From: the human T2T-CHM13v2.0 reference genome, Homo sapiens
Reading direction: 5' to 3' (one strand)
Assembly (NCBI RefSeq): GCF_009914755.1
Contig: NC_060932.1
Length of the DNA stretch: 64,000 nt
Each line of letters begins with the position of its first letter. The first letter of the stretch is position 1. Both the position numbers and the translations under genes were made by a program. Shown piece after piece: positions 1 to 12,739 of the stretch. Below the pieces are notes generated by a model. That model was not told the DNA's origin, did no database searches, and worked only from the letters and a program-made list of their open reading frames with translations.

Positions 1-1590
1 ATAAAATCTGCTGATAAGCTGATGATCTACTTAAATGTAACCAAAATCATTAAAAATTTATATAAGAAACCAAAATAACTAGAATACTTTGAAATTCTGA
101 AAAGAAAACAATTTGGAAAAAAAAATTCTCTATCCAATTTGAAGATGTAACATGTAGCTTTATTTACTTTATTTACATAGTAAATAATACTATGAACTAT
201 AGGTGGTGGGATTGGCAGGTTAGTCAATGGAAAAGAATAGAGCATGTGGAAATAGCCCCACACAAGTATGACTAACATTTAACTAAGACGCAAAAGCACT
301 ACAGTAGATGAAGGATACTCTTTTTCTTTTTTTTTTTCTTTTTTTTTTTGAGACGGAGTCTCGCTCTGTCGCCCAGGCTTCAGTGTAGTGGAGCGATCTC
401 AGCTCTGCTCACTGCAAGCTCCGCCTCCCGGGTTCACGCCATTCTCCTGCCTCAGCCACCGGAGTAGCTGGGACTGCAGGCACCCGCCACCGTGCCCGGC
501 TAATTTTTTTGTATTTTTTAGTAGAGACGGGGTTCACCGTGGTCTCGATCTCCTGACCTCGTGATCCGCCCCCCTCGGCCTCCTAAAGTGCTGGGATTAC
601 AGGCGTAAGCCACCGTGCCCGGCCGATACTCTTTCAATAAACGATGCGATAATCAGGCAGAAATAGAACCTGGGCTTAAACTACATAACATCCTTAAATA
701 TTAACTCAAGACAGACAGTGGACTTAAATTAAAAAGATAAAACTCTAAAAGTGTTTTTAAGAGAAGAAAACTAGGTAAGGACTTAGGACTTGGTAAAGAG
801 TACTTATTTTGGCAAAAAATAATCAATAAACTGGACATAATTAATACTAAAAATTTTGTTCTACAAAGGACCCTGTTAAAAAGCTAAAAAGACAATCAAC
901 AGACTGGGAGTAAATATTTTCAAACCACATATCTGAGAAAGGACTTATATCTATAATACATAAAGAGCTCTTGAAACTCAACAGCCAAAAGACAACTGAA
1001 AATGAATTAACTAGAAATGAACAGAACATTTCACTAAGGAGAATATATAGATGGGAAATAAGCACATGAAAAAATGTTCACCATTACTATGCATTAGGGG
1101 ATTGAAAATATGGACCATTGCATGGTATCATTAGACACCCATTAGAACAGATACAATAAAAAATGAGTGGCAATACCAAGGGCTGGCAAGGTGATGTGAA
1201 AAAGAATGATTCGCTGATACACTGCTGATAGGTATGTAAAACAGTGTGGCCACTTTGAAAAATTGTTTGGTCTGCTTTGTTTGCTTGTTTGTTTTATGAA
1301 TATTGACCATACACTTATCATACAACCCAGAAATATCATACCTGGGAATTTATTCTATGAAAATGAAGACATATGTGCACACAAAACTTTATGCAATTGT
1401 TCCTAGTAGTTTTATTTTTAATAGTAAAAAGCTAGAAACAAGTAAAATGTCTCTATTACATGAATAGTTAAATTGGATGGCTTTCAAGGGCATTATGCTG
1501 AGTAAACAACAAAACTCAAAGTGTGCATACCACTGAGATAACTGTATGATACCACTGAAACAACATTCTCGAAATGACAAAATTAGAGAT
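1..1590 (+). mobile_element. Old L1M (L1MC/MD-like) ORF2 3' part and 3' end, interrupted by an Alu
   Basis: Degenerate L1 motifs such as 'aaatattttcaaaccacatatctgagaaaggacttatatc' and 'cattatgctgagt...gaaatgacaaaattagagatg'; many stops. Confidence 0.75.
321..624 (-). mobile_element. AluY with 12-bp left-arm deletion (AluYd-like)
   Basis: Full dimer, poly-T at left, TSD GATACTCTTT at 314-323 and 625-634; sense reads GAGACCA^CGGTGAA, lacking TCCTGGCTAACA. Confidence 0.93.
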
Positions 1591-1596
1591 GCTTCA

Positions 1597-2028
1597 CATC
1601 ATCTCAGCCCAAAAGCTTCTTAAGCTGTTAAGCAACTTCAGCAAAGTCTCAGCATACAAAATAAATGTGAAAAAATCACAAGCATTCCTATACACCAACG
1701 ATGGGCAACCAGAGAGCCAAATCGTGAATGAACTCCCATTCACAATGACTACAAAGAGAATAAATACCTAGGAATTCAACTAACAAGGGAAGGGGAGGAT
1801 CTTCTCAAGGAGAACTACAAGCCACTGCTCAAGGAAATAAGAGAAGACACAAACAAACGGAAAAAAAATCCATGCTCATGGATAGGAAGAGTCAATTTCA
1901 GGACAGGAAATCAGAATCAATATCAGGATAGGATAACATGGATAAAGAGAATCAATATCATGAAAATGGCCATACTGCACCTGTATCCCCAGAACTTAAA
2001 ATACAATTAAATTAAAAGAAAAGAAAAA
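1597..2028 (+). mobile_element. L1PA (older) ORF2 fragment fused directly to the L1 3' terminus and A-rich tail
   Basis: ORF 1574-1771 reads [30 protein letters not shown] (L1 ORF2); 'ggccatactgc' runs into 'acctgtatccccagaacttaaa' plus A-rich tail. Confidence 0.85.
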
Positions 2029-2029
2029 T

Positions 2030-3200
2030 ACAATAACCAAAATAAGAAGCTCGGGAGATGGGTTCAGAAACATAATGAATGAAACAGAGGAAAGAATCAG
2101 TGAACTGAAAGATGGAGCAATAGATATTACCCAATCTGAACAGCAGAGAGAACACACACTTCAAAATAAATAAACAAATGTAAAGACAGAGCAACAGGCA
2201 CTTACAGAACTGTAACCGAAGATGTAACCTTTGTGTGTTTGGAGTAACAGAAGGAGAGGAGAAAGATGGCAGGAATGAAAAATGACAATGAAATGATGGC
2301 TGAAAACTCCACAAATTCGGCAAGTGACATAAACATGAAGATTCACGTGGCTGCATGAATCCCAGAGGAAAATCCCAAAGAAACCTACACAGTAAGATAT
2401 ATTGAAGTCAAATTTCTGGAAAGTGAAAAAAAAAAAAAAAAAAATCTTGGAAGCAGCCAGAGAGAAATGGCACATTACATATAGGAGAAAAACAATTCAA
2501 ATGACAGTGGATCTTTTATCAAGAAATTAGACAGCTAGAAGAAACTTATGGAATAATTTTCAAGTGCTGAAAAGAAAGAAGCCAGAATCCTATACCCAGT
2601 GGAAGAAATATTCTTCAGAATTAAAAAAAGAATCAAGATATTGACGGATGAAGGAAATCTAAAACTAGCATTGTTAGTAAACCTTCTCTAAAACAAAGGC
2701 TGAAAGGGAGTGTATTTTTTTGTTTTTTTGGTTTTGTTTTTTGATTTTTTTTTTTTTTTTTGAGACAGAGTCTCCCTCTGTCGCCCAGGCTGGAGTGCAG
2801 TGGCGTGATCTCGGCTCACTGCAAGCTCCGCTTCCTGTTTCATGCTATTCTCCTGCTTCAGCCTCCCGAGTAGCTGGGACTACAGGCATCCGCCACCACA
2901 TCCGGCTAATTTTTTTGTATTTTTAGTAGAGACGGGGTTTCACCATGTTAGCCAGGATGGTCTAGGTCCTGACCTCGTGATCCATCCGCCTCGGCTTCCC
3001 AAAGTGCTGGGATTACAGGCGTGAGCCACCATGCCTGGCCTGAAACAGTGTTTTCTAAACAGAAAAGTAACAATGAAAGAAAAAAATTAAAACAAAAGAA
3101 CAGAAAGAAAAACTATATACATATGACTAAGTAAAATAGGCTTTCCTTCTCCTCTTCCTTTACTATGGTATGTTTAATTGAAGCAAAAATTAAAATAATA
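2030..3200 (+). mobile_element. Old L1M ORF1 region, interrupted by AluY
   Basis: 'gaggaaagaatcagtgaactgaaagat', 'aaaatcttggaagcagccagagagaaa', 'ccagaatcctatacccag' are L1M ORF1-type motifs. Confidence 0.7.
2715..3040 (-). mobile_element. AluY
   Basis: Full dimer with 'ctgcaagctccgc' and 'gttagccaggatggtc' AluY-type positions; degenerate TSD tgaaa..agtgt. Confidence 0.93.
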
Positions 3201-3289
3201 ACCGAGATATAGATAGTATATGTACATGTGAATACATATATATATAAGCACACAAACACATAAATATACATATGCACATATATACTTGC

Positions 3290-3850
3290 AGTTCATTTTC
3301 TAATTCATTAAAATAAAATAAATCTGGACATATCCAGTCAAATAAATTAAGGAGAATTTATTTAAGATGAGACAATGGAGTTAGTTACGTAGACCATGTG
3401 GTTACTACCTTTGTAACCACGAGGTTACAAAGGTAACCTTCGTTACCTTTGTAACACAAGGGTAGTACACAATCCCAGGGCTCGGTCTTGGTGAAGTCAT
3501 TACCGATTAGAGGGCCTGAATAGATCAACGAGGTATGAGACACCAGAGCCTTAAGGGAAAGACGCATAGAGATACATCTGCGTTGAGAAGAGAAATAATC
3601 TGTGGGTACAACAACCAGGACAATTTCAGTCATTACTGCATGGAGGAAGGCAGGGGAATGGATATCCTAATATCAGTCCTCTCTCTTTCCCTAGTTCCCT
3701 GGGCTTCCCATTGCCCAAGCCTTACAAGAAACCAAAGATTATAGAAATTTACTGATGGAGCACACAAAAGTTCAGCTCCTAGTGCATTGAAGAAAGTAAG
3801 GAAGGGTGAAAAGCCAATTGGAAAGGGCAAGCAGAATATGTGCAACACAT
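3290..3850 (-). mobile_element. LTR33-like ERVL LTR
   Basis: Right end reverse-complements to 'tgtgttgcacatattctgcttgcccttt', resembling the LTR33 start; 'cttcccattgcccaagcc..agaaacca' core. Confidence 0.6.
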
Positions 3851-4450
3851 CATGCTCATCAAAAGGCACACATGTGATAGTAAGAAGGGAAGCCACAGAC
3901 TGAAAGAAGATACTTACCACCTGTAAACTGATAAAATGCAAATATCCAAAATACATAAAGAATGAATTAAAATCAATTCAGAATAGAACATTATTATGTG
4001 AAATACTTGGAGAGGCAGTTCAAAAACAAGAATAACTAAATTGCTTGTAAATATATAAAAAAGTCCTCATCTTCACTGCATCACAGAGGGGTGAATTAAA
4101 ACAGAATGTAACACCATTATGTATACAACCAGAGTGGAAAATAAATATAAAGATGGATTATACAATGTGTTAGCAAGGATGCTTATGAATTTAAATCCTC
4201 ATACACAGCTGGCATGTCTGTAATTTTGTGCTAACACTTTATAAAACTGATTGCCAATATCAAATGATGTAACAACCTCATCACTAGACACAAATTCAGC
4301 AGAAATAAGTGTGTTTATGAGCCAATACATGCAAAGTATTGATTGTTCTTAGTAGTCCATTCACCACAGGATACCTAAGTAATAGTAAAATTTCCAAACA
4401 ACAAAATGTTGTAAACAATGGGAGTAAATTAATCACAGCAATACAAAGTA
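3851..4450 (+). mobile_element. L1ME-like ORF2 3' fragment
   Basis: 'agggaagccacagactgaaagaagatactt', 'tgtgttagcaaggatg...cctcatacacagctgg'. Confidence 0.6.
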
Positions 4451-4716
4451 CAGAAAGGACTTTCATGTAAACATTGATTACAAGAGTTCAGACACACTAT
4501 GATCTGGACTGGAGACAAATATTTTTGGGCCATGCAAATGTGGAAACAGTGAGTATAAAGAAGAGCCAAGTAAAACTAGGAAAAACCCCAGAGGAACTTA
4601 GATGTCAAATGATCAAGAAAAGAATGAGAATCCAATAAAGGAAATTTTAAAATCCAGTCATGGATATAGGAAGAAACCTGGAGTGTTTGATATTTGGTAC
4701 ATTAAGAAAGAGAATA

Positions 4717-5191
4717 TATTAGTGTCCCATTGCCGTTATAACATGTTATCCCATATATGGTGACTTAACACACAAGAGATTTATTATCTTATAATTCTAG
4801 AGGTCAGAAATCCAAAAGGGTCTCACTGGATTAAAGAGGTGTCAGCAGGGCTGTATTCCATCTGGAGTTTCTGGTGGAGAAACTGTTTCCTTCACAGTTT
4901 CCACAGGCTGCCTACATTCGTTGGCTCATGTCCTGTTCCTCCACCTTCGAGGCCAGCAATGCCAGTCAATTCTTTCTTATGCTGCTTCTTGCTGACTCTG
5001 CCTTCATTTTCCACATTTACAGACCCTTGTGATCACATTAGACCCACCCAGGTAGTCCAAAATAATCCACCCATATCAAAATCAGATGATCATCAGCCTT
5101 AATATCATTCATATCATCAATTCCCTTTACCCACAGATGACAGGGATGAGAAATTTGACATCTTTGGTGGGTCATCATTCTGCCTAACACA
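4717..5191 (-). mobile_element. MLT1D-like MaLR LTR within L2 remnants
   Basis: 'tattagtgtcccattgc...ttctagaggtcagaaatccaaaagggtctcactggattaaa...cattctgcctaacaca'. Confidence 0.75.
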
Positions 5192-5476
5192 GAGGGTGTT
5201 TCAAGAAAAATTGCTGAAAAAAGATCAAATCAAATGAAAAGTAATTCTTAATTTAGTCATATGGATATTATCGTTGGAGAAAGTTTTGATGGATTTCATC
5301 TTGAAATGCATTGAAGAATCAATGGGTTAGGAAGATAACATCTCTTGGCTATGCAACATTCTGGACAGAGTTCTCCTGTTTCTACATGGAACTTTAAATC
5401 TTCATTTTGTTGGAATAGGATTGTCATTGCTGGTATCTCTTAAGCACCACTTTTAAATCAGGAGAACTAAAAAATA

Positions 5477-5800
5477 AATTGAGCATCTCTGGTCAGAAAA
5501 TACAAAATCTTAAAGACTCCAAAATCCAAAATTTTTTGAGTGCAGACATAATGCCACAAGTGGAAAATTCCACACCTGACCTCATGTGCTACATCACAGT
5601 CAAATTTTGCTTCATGTATTAAATGACCTTCAGGCTATGTTTAGAAAGCATATATAAAACATATATGAATTTCGTGTTTAGACTTGAATCTCATCCCCAA
5701 GATATCTCGTTATGTACACGCAAATTTTCTAAAATCAGAAAAAATCTGACATCCAAAACACTTCTGGTCCCAAGCATTTAAGATAAGGGACATGTAACCT
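5477..5800 (-). mobile_element. Tigger4/MER46-type DNA transposon (TcMar)
   Basis: Terminal inverted ends 'ttgagcatctct...' and '...ataagggacatgtaacctg'; core 'ccaaaacacttctggtcccaagcattt'. Confidence 0.8.
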
Positions 5801-6153
5801 GAAAGAAAATCTAATGAAGACACATAGACTGTGACAAATTGAGATAGATTTAAAAAGGGAAATGGAAAAAATAGATGATAGAGATAAATCTCTAAATAAA
5901 TAGTCCTCAGGAAAATAATACAATTATAATGTGAATTTGCAAAACCCTCTCTTGATTTTTAAGGTATATCATATTTTAATAATTGCCGTAACATCATTTT
6001 TTAGAAATTCAACGCATGGTTACATTGGGATACTGAGAAAGTATATATTCTATATGCAAATAGCTACAATTTAATCTTGGTCCAAAAATCAGAAAAACAT
6101 TCACATAAGAAATAAACTGTTTTTTCAGTCTTAAAATGTAGCAATTTAGATAA

Positions 6154-6483
<330 letters not shown>

Positions 6484-7749
6484 AAAGAACTTTTAAATAG
6501 AAAATGAAAGTGTAGGTCAGAGAGGTTTTTGCATTTTTTGAATGTTTTCTACCATTAAATATGAATTTAATACTTTATACCTAAAGTCTAAAAATGGAAA
6601 CAATAAAAGTACAGTAAAGTGTTTATGATTTGATTTTTTGTTACTAAAGCCATATTTTAAAGAAACTGCCAGTGCCATAACTTAAAATAACCGTGTAAGA
6701 AATCAACTGGAAGTAAATGTTTTCCTCTAATGTGAATAATCATGACTATAGCTCTTATGTACATATGTGTATGTATTTCTTGCATACCAAAAGAATCAAC
6801 ATTAAAGAGAAAATAGTGGTAAAAGAAAAATACTGTATTAAATGACCTTCAGGCTATTCAGGCCGTACTTATAGTTTTATGTATACTATTATTTTCCAAG
6901 CATTATATATATAAGAAATTATTTTTGTTTAATTAATATTAAAAGAAAATATTTTAGAGCTTTGTATATGTTTAGAAATATTAAGACAAGCTTATTCTCA
7001 CTTAACCTGAAACAGTAATATCAAATATCTGTTTGAATGGCTTAAACTGTTATCTAGTTCTTGATATTTTGATGTTTATAAAATATGTGACTTCATGCAC
7101 TAAGGTATGCTACTTTAAAAGCCCATGTAATAAAAGTCCATACAAAGATGAACTAGAGTCAAGTTTTCAATTGTGTCAAGATCTGGTGCAGTCACTATTT
7201 GCTAGTATGACTTTTAGCAAATGAGTCTATTTCTGACCATTAGTCCTATCTGATATAAATGGTGATTTTACATGTGCTTTGACTATAAGAAAGGAAATTA
7301 TTATTGCAGGATTCTAAAATGTATAAAAAACCATATTAAGAAAAGGAAATAGTATTGGGCCACAAACATGATGTATATTGTGTTTGGAAGATTAATTTGA
7401 CATTGGCAATAGGAAGGATTTGAGATTAAGAAATAAAGTCTAAACTATACATATATTCTAACAATGTTACGGAGTTAACTTTTACACTTAAAATGGTGGT
7501 AGTAGGGAGAAAAGATAGATATAAGTGATGTTGTGGAGAAATAATTAACATAAGATGACTGGCTTAAAAATAATAATACAGCAAAGATAATTTTTTTAAG
7601 TTGCATATTTGCCAGCAATGTAGAAGACAAAAATGGCAGTATTCAAGATGGAATTCTGGATACTAATCAAAGAAAGAGTACTGTTCCTAAAACTTACCTT
7701 AAAAAAGTTGTACTTCTAATTAAAGCTTAAATGTTAATATTAATATAAA

Positions 7750-8280
7750 AAAATGGCAGTGTTCTTAAAAAGAATAGAGATATTGTAAGGGTGTTGGATT
7801 TCTTTTCTTTTCTTTTTCTTTTTTCTTTTTTTTTTTTTTTTTTGGAAAAGATACCTTTAATTTTAGACATTGAAATTAGATCACCACAGGTGAAAATGCC
7901 TGATAGGCAATTGGTTAGATAGCAATGAAGATTGGGTTTGTGGAAACACTAGGGTACAATATGCTCAGAGATAATGATTAAAGTCATGGGAGGGAACACA
8001 GTTTCCTAATAATTGACACTACAGAGAATTGCCTGAAGACTAAAGCTTGGGGAGTCCTTAATGTTAGGCTCAGGAAGCAAATTGGAATCAGGGGAGGAAA
8101 AAGTCAGCCTGTCCAAAAAAATCAGCATTCCAGGTGTGCTGAATATCAAAAGCTACAAGGCAATCAGGCAAAATGACAAACAGGAGTCTTTAATAATTAA
8201 AATTAAGGAGTCATTGATCAATCTTCAGAGCTTGATTTCAGCAATATAGATGAAGAATCGATTTTAAGAATGTAAGCTCT
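7750..8280 (-). mobile_element. L2 remnants
   Basis: 'ttttagacattgaaattagatcaccacaggtgaaaatgcctgataggcaattgg' and 'ggagtcattgatcaatcttcagagcttgatttcagc' resemble reverse L2. Confidence 0.5.
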
Positions 8281-8599
8281 TGTTTTGAGAAATTTCACCT
8301 CCCTTTAAAATCTCATAGCAACAATTAATAATATTTTGTAGAGTAGCTTAAAGAAAACATAACCAGGTACAGCACAGAAATAGAACACCGAAAGCAGCAA
8401 TAATGGCAATGCCTGTTAACTTTCAAGTCCACAAGGAGGTAGAGGCAGCTGCAGCATCCAACATCTGGGGGAAGAAAAGATGAAACTTTCCACACAATAA
8501 ATTGAGGAGTAGGAAGAAGGACAGCATCAGCTGAAAACCCTGAGAATCTTGCCAAGTTATGCATGATAAATGCAAAATATTTAGTGATGGTATGCCTAC

Positions 8600-11500
8600 T
8601 ATTTCTATTTATTCCACCGGTCAGGAGCTTGAAACTACAAAAGTAGATTTTTAACTATGGCCATTCTAAATGTTTTATCATCCACAGACAGTTAATTGTT
8701 TTATTCTGAGACCTTTCTGAAAGCATTTGCAAGCAACTATAATCCTAAAATGTTTCCCTTTGAGAAGATTCATGGAAATAACTCTGGCAAGTACAAGTTC
8801 CCCGTAACTTTAAGATTATACCATTGGACCAGGTAAGAATTTTTACAACTTTAATGAAGAAACTGATTCATAAAACTGCTAAACCAATATCAAGCAGAAC
8901 AATAATTAACTGAATACCAAGGAAATGCCTTAGCATATTTTCATGCTGTAAGCTAGTACTGAAACAGTTGAGATAAACAATTTCAATGAACATCATAAGA
9001 TTGATCCACATCAAACAATCTTTGATAACCTATTTAGTAAATAGTATGTTGCACCTGAATTGGAGAAATAAAACTAATATTTAAAATGATGTAAATATAA
9101 CATTAAGCTTGTACTCGCATAGGGCCCAGCTGGCTGCCTATTTCTTCCTGAGTACTTAAAGCTTCCATTGTTGAAAGCTCTGTACTCCTTAACTCATCCT
9201 GAAATAGATACAATAAGACAAACTGTGAAAACATATTGGTGGGATGACTGTTCTAAAATTGGTAAAATGATCTATAACTGATATTTTGTTTATCAAACCC
9301 ATAATCCAGGTAAGACAATGAAAACCTCAGATGATACATTTCTGCCACTTGCTGGACCATTTGAACATTTTCAAAGAGATTTCATTCAATGCTACCCTCT
9401 ATGGAATATCAATATGTTCTTGTAATTCTATGTTCTCTGGGTGGACAAAAGCTTTCCCAGGCAAGGAGGCTGATGCTATAATGGTAGTTAATTTGTTTAT
9501 TAGAAAACATATTTTCTTTATAACGCATTGGGAGGAATCTCCAGTGTTAGGGGTGGTCCTTTCAACAAGTTTTAAAGCAGTTAAATAAGGAATTACAAAT
9601 ACAACAGCATTATCATTATCTTTACCTTCCTCAAACTTCCGATAAGTTTGAAAGGACAAATGGTATTTTAAGACTGAAATTGGTAAAGCTAGTCAAATCA
9701 ACTGGATTGCCTTGACCAATGGCATTCTTTGGCCTTGAAGGCAATCAGATTCACCTCCACTGCAAAATACAAATTTGCTCCTTATTAAACTGTTACTGGA
9801 ACTTATTAAACAGTTCCTGGAAGGACTCTAATGCTTTCTAAATAATAGAAAGTCATGTATTTCCTGTTCTTATAAACTCTGATGTGACTCAATACTGCAA
9901 AGCTTTAAAGCACTATGTCAAAGTATATTTTTGCCAGGTAAAAGAAGCCTTTCATAAACTGTCAACTGAGGACAGCCAGGCATTTCATGATCTACAACCC
10001 AAATATTGGATATTTTAGAGGCTACATCAGAGGAAGATTGTCCTTGAACTCCTTTTGGAAGGGACCATACCAAGTTCTTCTCACTACCCACACTGCAGCA
10101 AAACTTCAGGGCCTTAAGACTTGGGTCTGTATTTCTCAACTCAAGAGGTCCCCTCTAGGCTCTTCAGATTGTACAGTCATTTAAGACCTCATGGTAAAAT
10201 TGACCATGGAGGTTTGTTCCCAGAAGCATTTCACAGCCTAGACATGAACAGCTTTCCCAAGATCATAGATCAAGATTTCTCTCCTCTGTTTTTGTAAAAC
10301 TTGTGTCTCTTTTTCTACTTTCCTTGTGTTACTTTTCTGTTTATGCATAGCAAAATTATATGATAATTGATCATTTGAAATTGATAGCTTCTACAGTAAA
10401 CATAACTGAATATCACATATGTTATGCTAAACTAAAATCTCCATATGATCTTAAAGTTTTTCCACTTTACCCTATAACAAATTTCACTGATATTTTCTGT
10501 GTGACTACTTGTTCGAATTGCACCTCTGGTCCTTGCTGTAGGTTAGGCTTTAAGATCCACATGTTTACATTCCTTGTTTCAGTCTAACAGTAAGTAAAAC
10601 CTATGGGGAGGATTTATGGTTAAATTATGCCAGAAACTGAATAAGAAAACCAAAAACAAAATAATTTGAAATTTTACAGACAAATTAATAACCTTAATCT
10701 CCTAATTGTCGTTAGCCTTCAGTCATGCAAAGATTCAGTAGTGGAGACTTGGATAAATACTAGTAGTGCTTCCCTACAGGTGACTCCTAAATCACAAGGC
10801 ACCCCACAGAGAACTGTCTATTGTGCCTCTCCAGAATTCGTTTTGATCTGTAGAAAATATAATGGTCAACTATACTCACAGGAAACTCCATATCTCAATA
10901 AGTGGAAAATAAGAAGGCATTATGGATTAGGGATTCTAATGTTACCACTTTATAACAAACTAAAAATTGAATATTGGTCTACACCTCTTAATTTGCACTA
11001 TAGAATAAAGAAAAATTTACCAGTAGGTATAAATCTCTCTAAATGGGCATCTCTTGGTAGAATGCATTTTTCCTAACTTGGCAAAAATATAAATGAGGTA
11101 ATAATTAGAGAACTGTCTCAAACAGTTGCTACTATAGCTGACTCTTCTGCAAAGGTCACAGTTACGCAGCAAACTTTTCTAAACTTTCTTGATAAAGGTT
11201 TTGTTTTTGTTTTTAGATAACAGGATTGCTTTGGACTATCTGTTGGCTCAACAATGAGAAGTGTGTGTGACAGCTAACACCCCCTGCTAGACTTGGATAA
11301 GTATATTTGGTATTGTAGAAACTCAGTTACAAAATATCAACAAATGACTACTTGGTTTAAACAGATTCCTCTTCTGGCTGTTCTTTGATTTATTTGATTT
11401 TAATTAGTTTGGTCTGCAGAGTCTTTGATTAAAGGGCATATTTCAGCCTCTTGGTATTATCCTCCTGATAGTCATCACTTTGTTCTCTCTCATGCACTGT

Positions 11501-11734
11501 ATCCCCTCAAGAGTCTTAAATGCTTGTATGCAGCCACCCACTGTGCATAAAATGGCCTCACTACCTGTAGAATGACAAAAAAACATGAAGCATCTTTTAG
11601 TGAGTCTGATATTATGACTTATCAATTCCTTAATGAAACCAAATAAGTCCATTATAATGATGACAGAGAGTGGCATTAATGCTCCCAATTTTTGTCAATC
11701 TATCAAGATTGAGAAGCTTAAACAAAAGGAGCAT
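8600..11734 (+). mobile_element. ERV1 (MER4-group, MER34-like) internal remnant: integrase plus env, 5'-truncated
   Basis: GPFEHFQ.DFIQ near 9355; WKGPYQVLLTTHTAAKLQG (GPY/F integrase C-terminus, ORF 9987-10184); env TM motif at 11213; purine-rich tract before the LTR. Confidence 0.85.
10250..11580 (+). pseudogene. Disrupted gammaretrovirus-type env
   Basis: 11213-11299 translates LDNRIALDYLLAQQ*EVCVTANTPC*TWI (immunosuppressive domain plus broken CX6CC); decayed furin-like RIKK in ORF 10666-11076; multiple stops and frameshifts. Confidence 0.85.
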
Positions 11735-12138
11735 TGTCAAGGCAAATAAGGAAGCCATTAGTCTGAAGTTATCTCTGTAACTGGGGTATTAAATAAGTAG
11801 GCCAAACAGAACTTAATTTGGAAGCATTTATTGTAACTGACTTAAATAAATAAATAACGAACTTTAGCCAATGACAGCCTCCAGAAAATTTCTTGTACAA
11901 CTAGGATCCCGCCATGGGACCACATCCAAACAAGGCAGAAACCTCACCGTACCTCACCTTTGAGGCAAATGTCTGGCTATAGCCAATCAATCAGGTGCTT
12001 ACTTTACTTTTGTTTTCATGTTGGGTCCCCACAGATCATTTTCAGCCTATAAGTGCTGACTGTTCATGCTGTTGGAGAAGAGCCATTGTTTTGCTCAAAT
12101 AAACTGTTAAATTTAGTTCATCTAAGTTTTTTTTTTAA
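11735..12138 (+). mobile_element. 3' LTR of the ERV1 remnant (MER34/MER39/MER57-like)
   Basis: Starts TG after the purine tract; CCAAT boxes, 'cctataag', and end 'gctcaaataaactgttaaatttagttcatctaagtttt' typical of MER4-group LTRs. Confidence 0.75.
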
Positions 12139-12159
12139 TTAAAGTTCATCTCAGAGATC

Positions 12160-12720
12160 AACCCCCACCTGTTTCTCTGAGCAGGAGATGAGGGTAACCT
12201 GCCCATTCAGCCCACCAACACCATCTGGTACAGATGTTTCTGTGAGGCAGGACCAGAAGTTGATCTGTCTTCATGGCCTTGCAATGGAACTGGGTGCTGT
12301 CTGTGCTTCTATAGTGTAGTGAAGTGGGGGCTGAAACCCCAGTGGGGTCCATTTTATGTTAGGGTTGACTGGAGTAGTATGGGTACTGCCAAAGGTTTTC
12401 TGTTGTTAGGTCACCTTTTTTTCATGGACTTATGACTGGGGGTAACAAGGATTTTCTTGCAACATTTTTGTCTGTGTCTTTTTAGTTCTGGATTGGAAGC
12501 TTCCCAGCACTCTGTCCAAGATACTTGGGAAATAATAAGAGAACCTAAGGAACATCTTCAAGTCCCAATGTTACAAGGCAGCCATTCTTCTTCATTCCAC
12601 CTTTCAGAGTTTTCTAACACTCGTATTTTTCTGTAATGTCCAGAGTGTTTTAGAGGTAACTGGGAGTACTTGGGAGGAATGGAGCTAATACATCTTAGTA
12701 GAACTAGCATAGCTTCACTT
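12160..12720 (-). mobile_element. Old L1M 5' end
   Basis: 'ttccacctttcagagttttct...taatgtccagagtgttttt...gggaggaat' resembles the reverse L1M 5' terminus. Confidence 0.5.
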
Positions 12721-12739
12721 TTAATTTTGAAGAGCTCTC

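Noticed and set aside
7692-7700. Consensus minus-strand donor AAG|GTAAGT
   Set aside because: No convincing acceptor or open frame nearby; expected by chance in 64 kb
7799-7843. Isolated T-rich tract as a tail-only retroposon insertion
   Set aside because: No element body or convincing TSD; treated as low-complexity sequence
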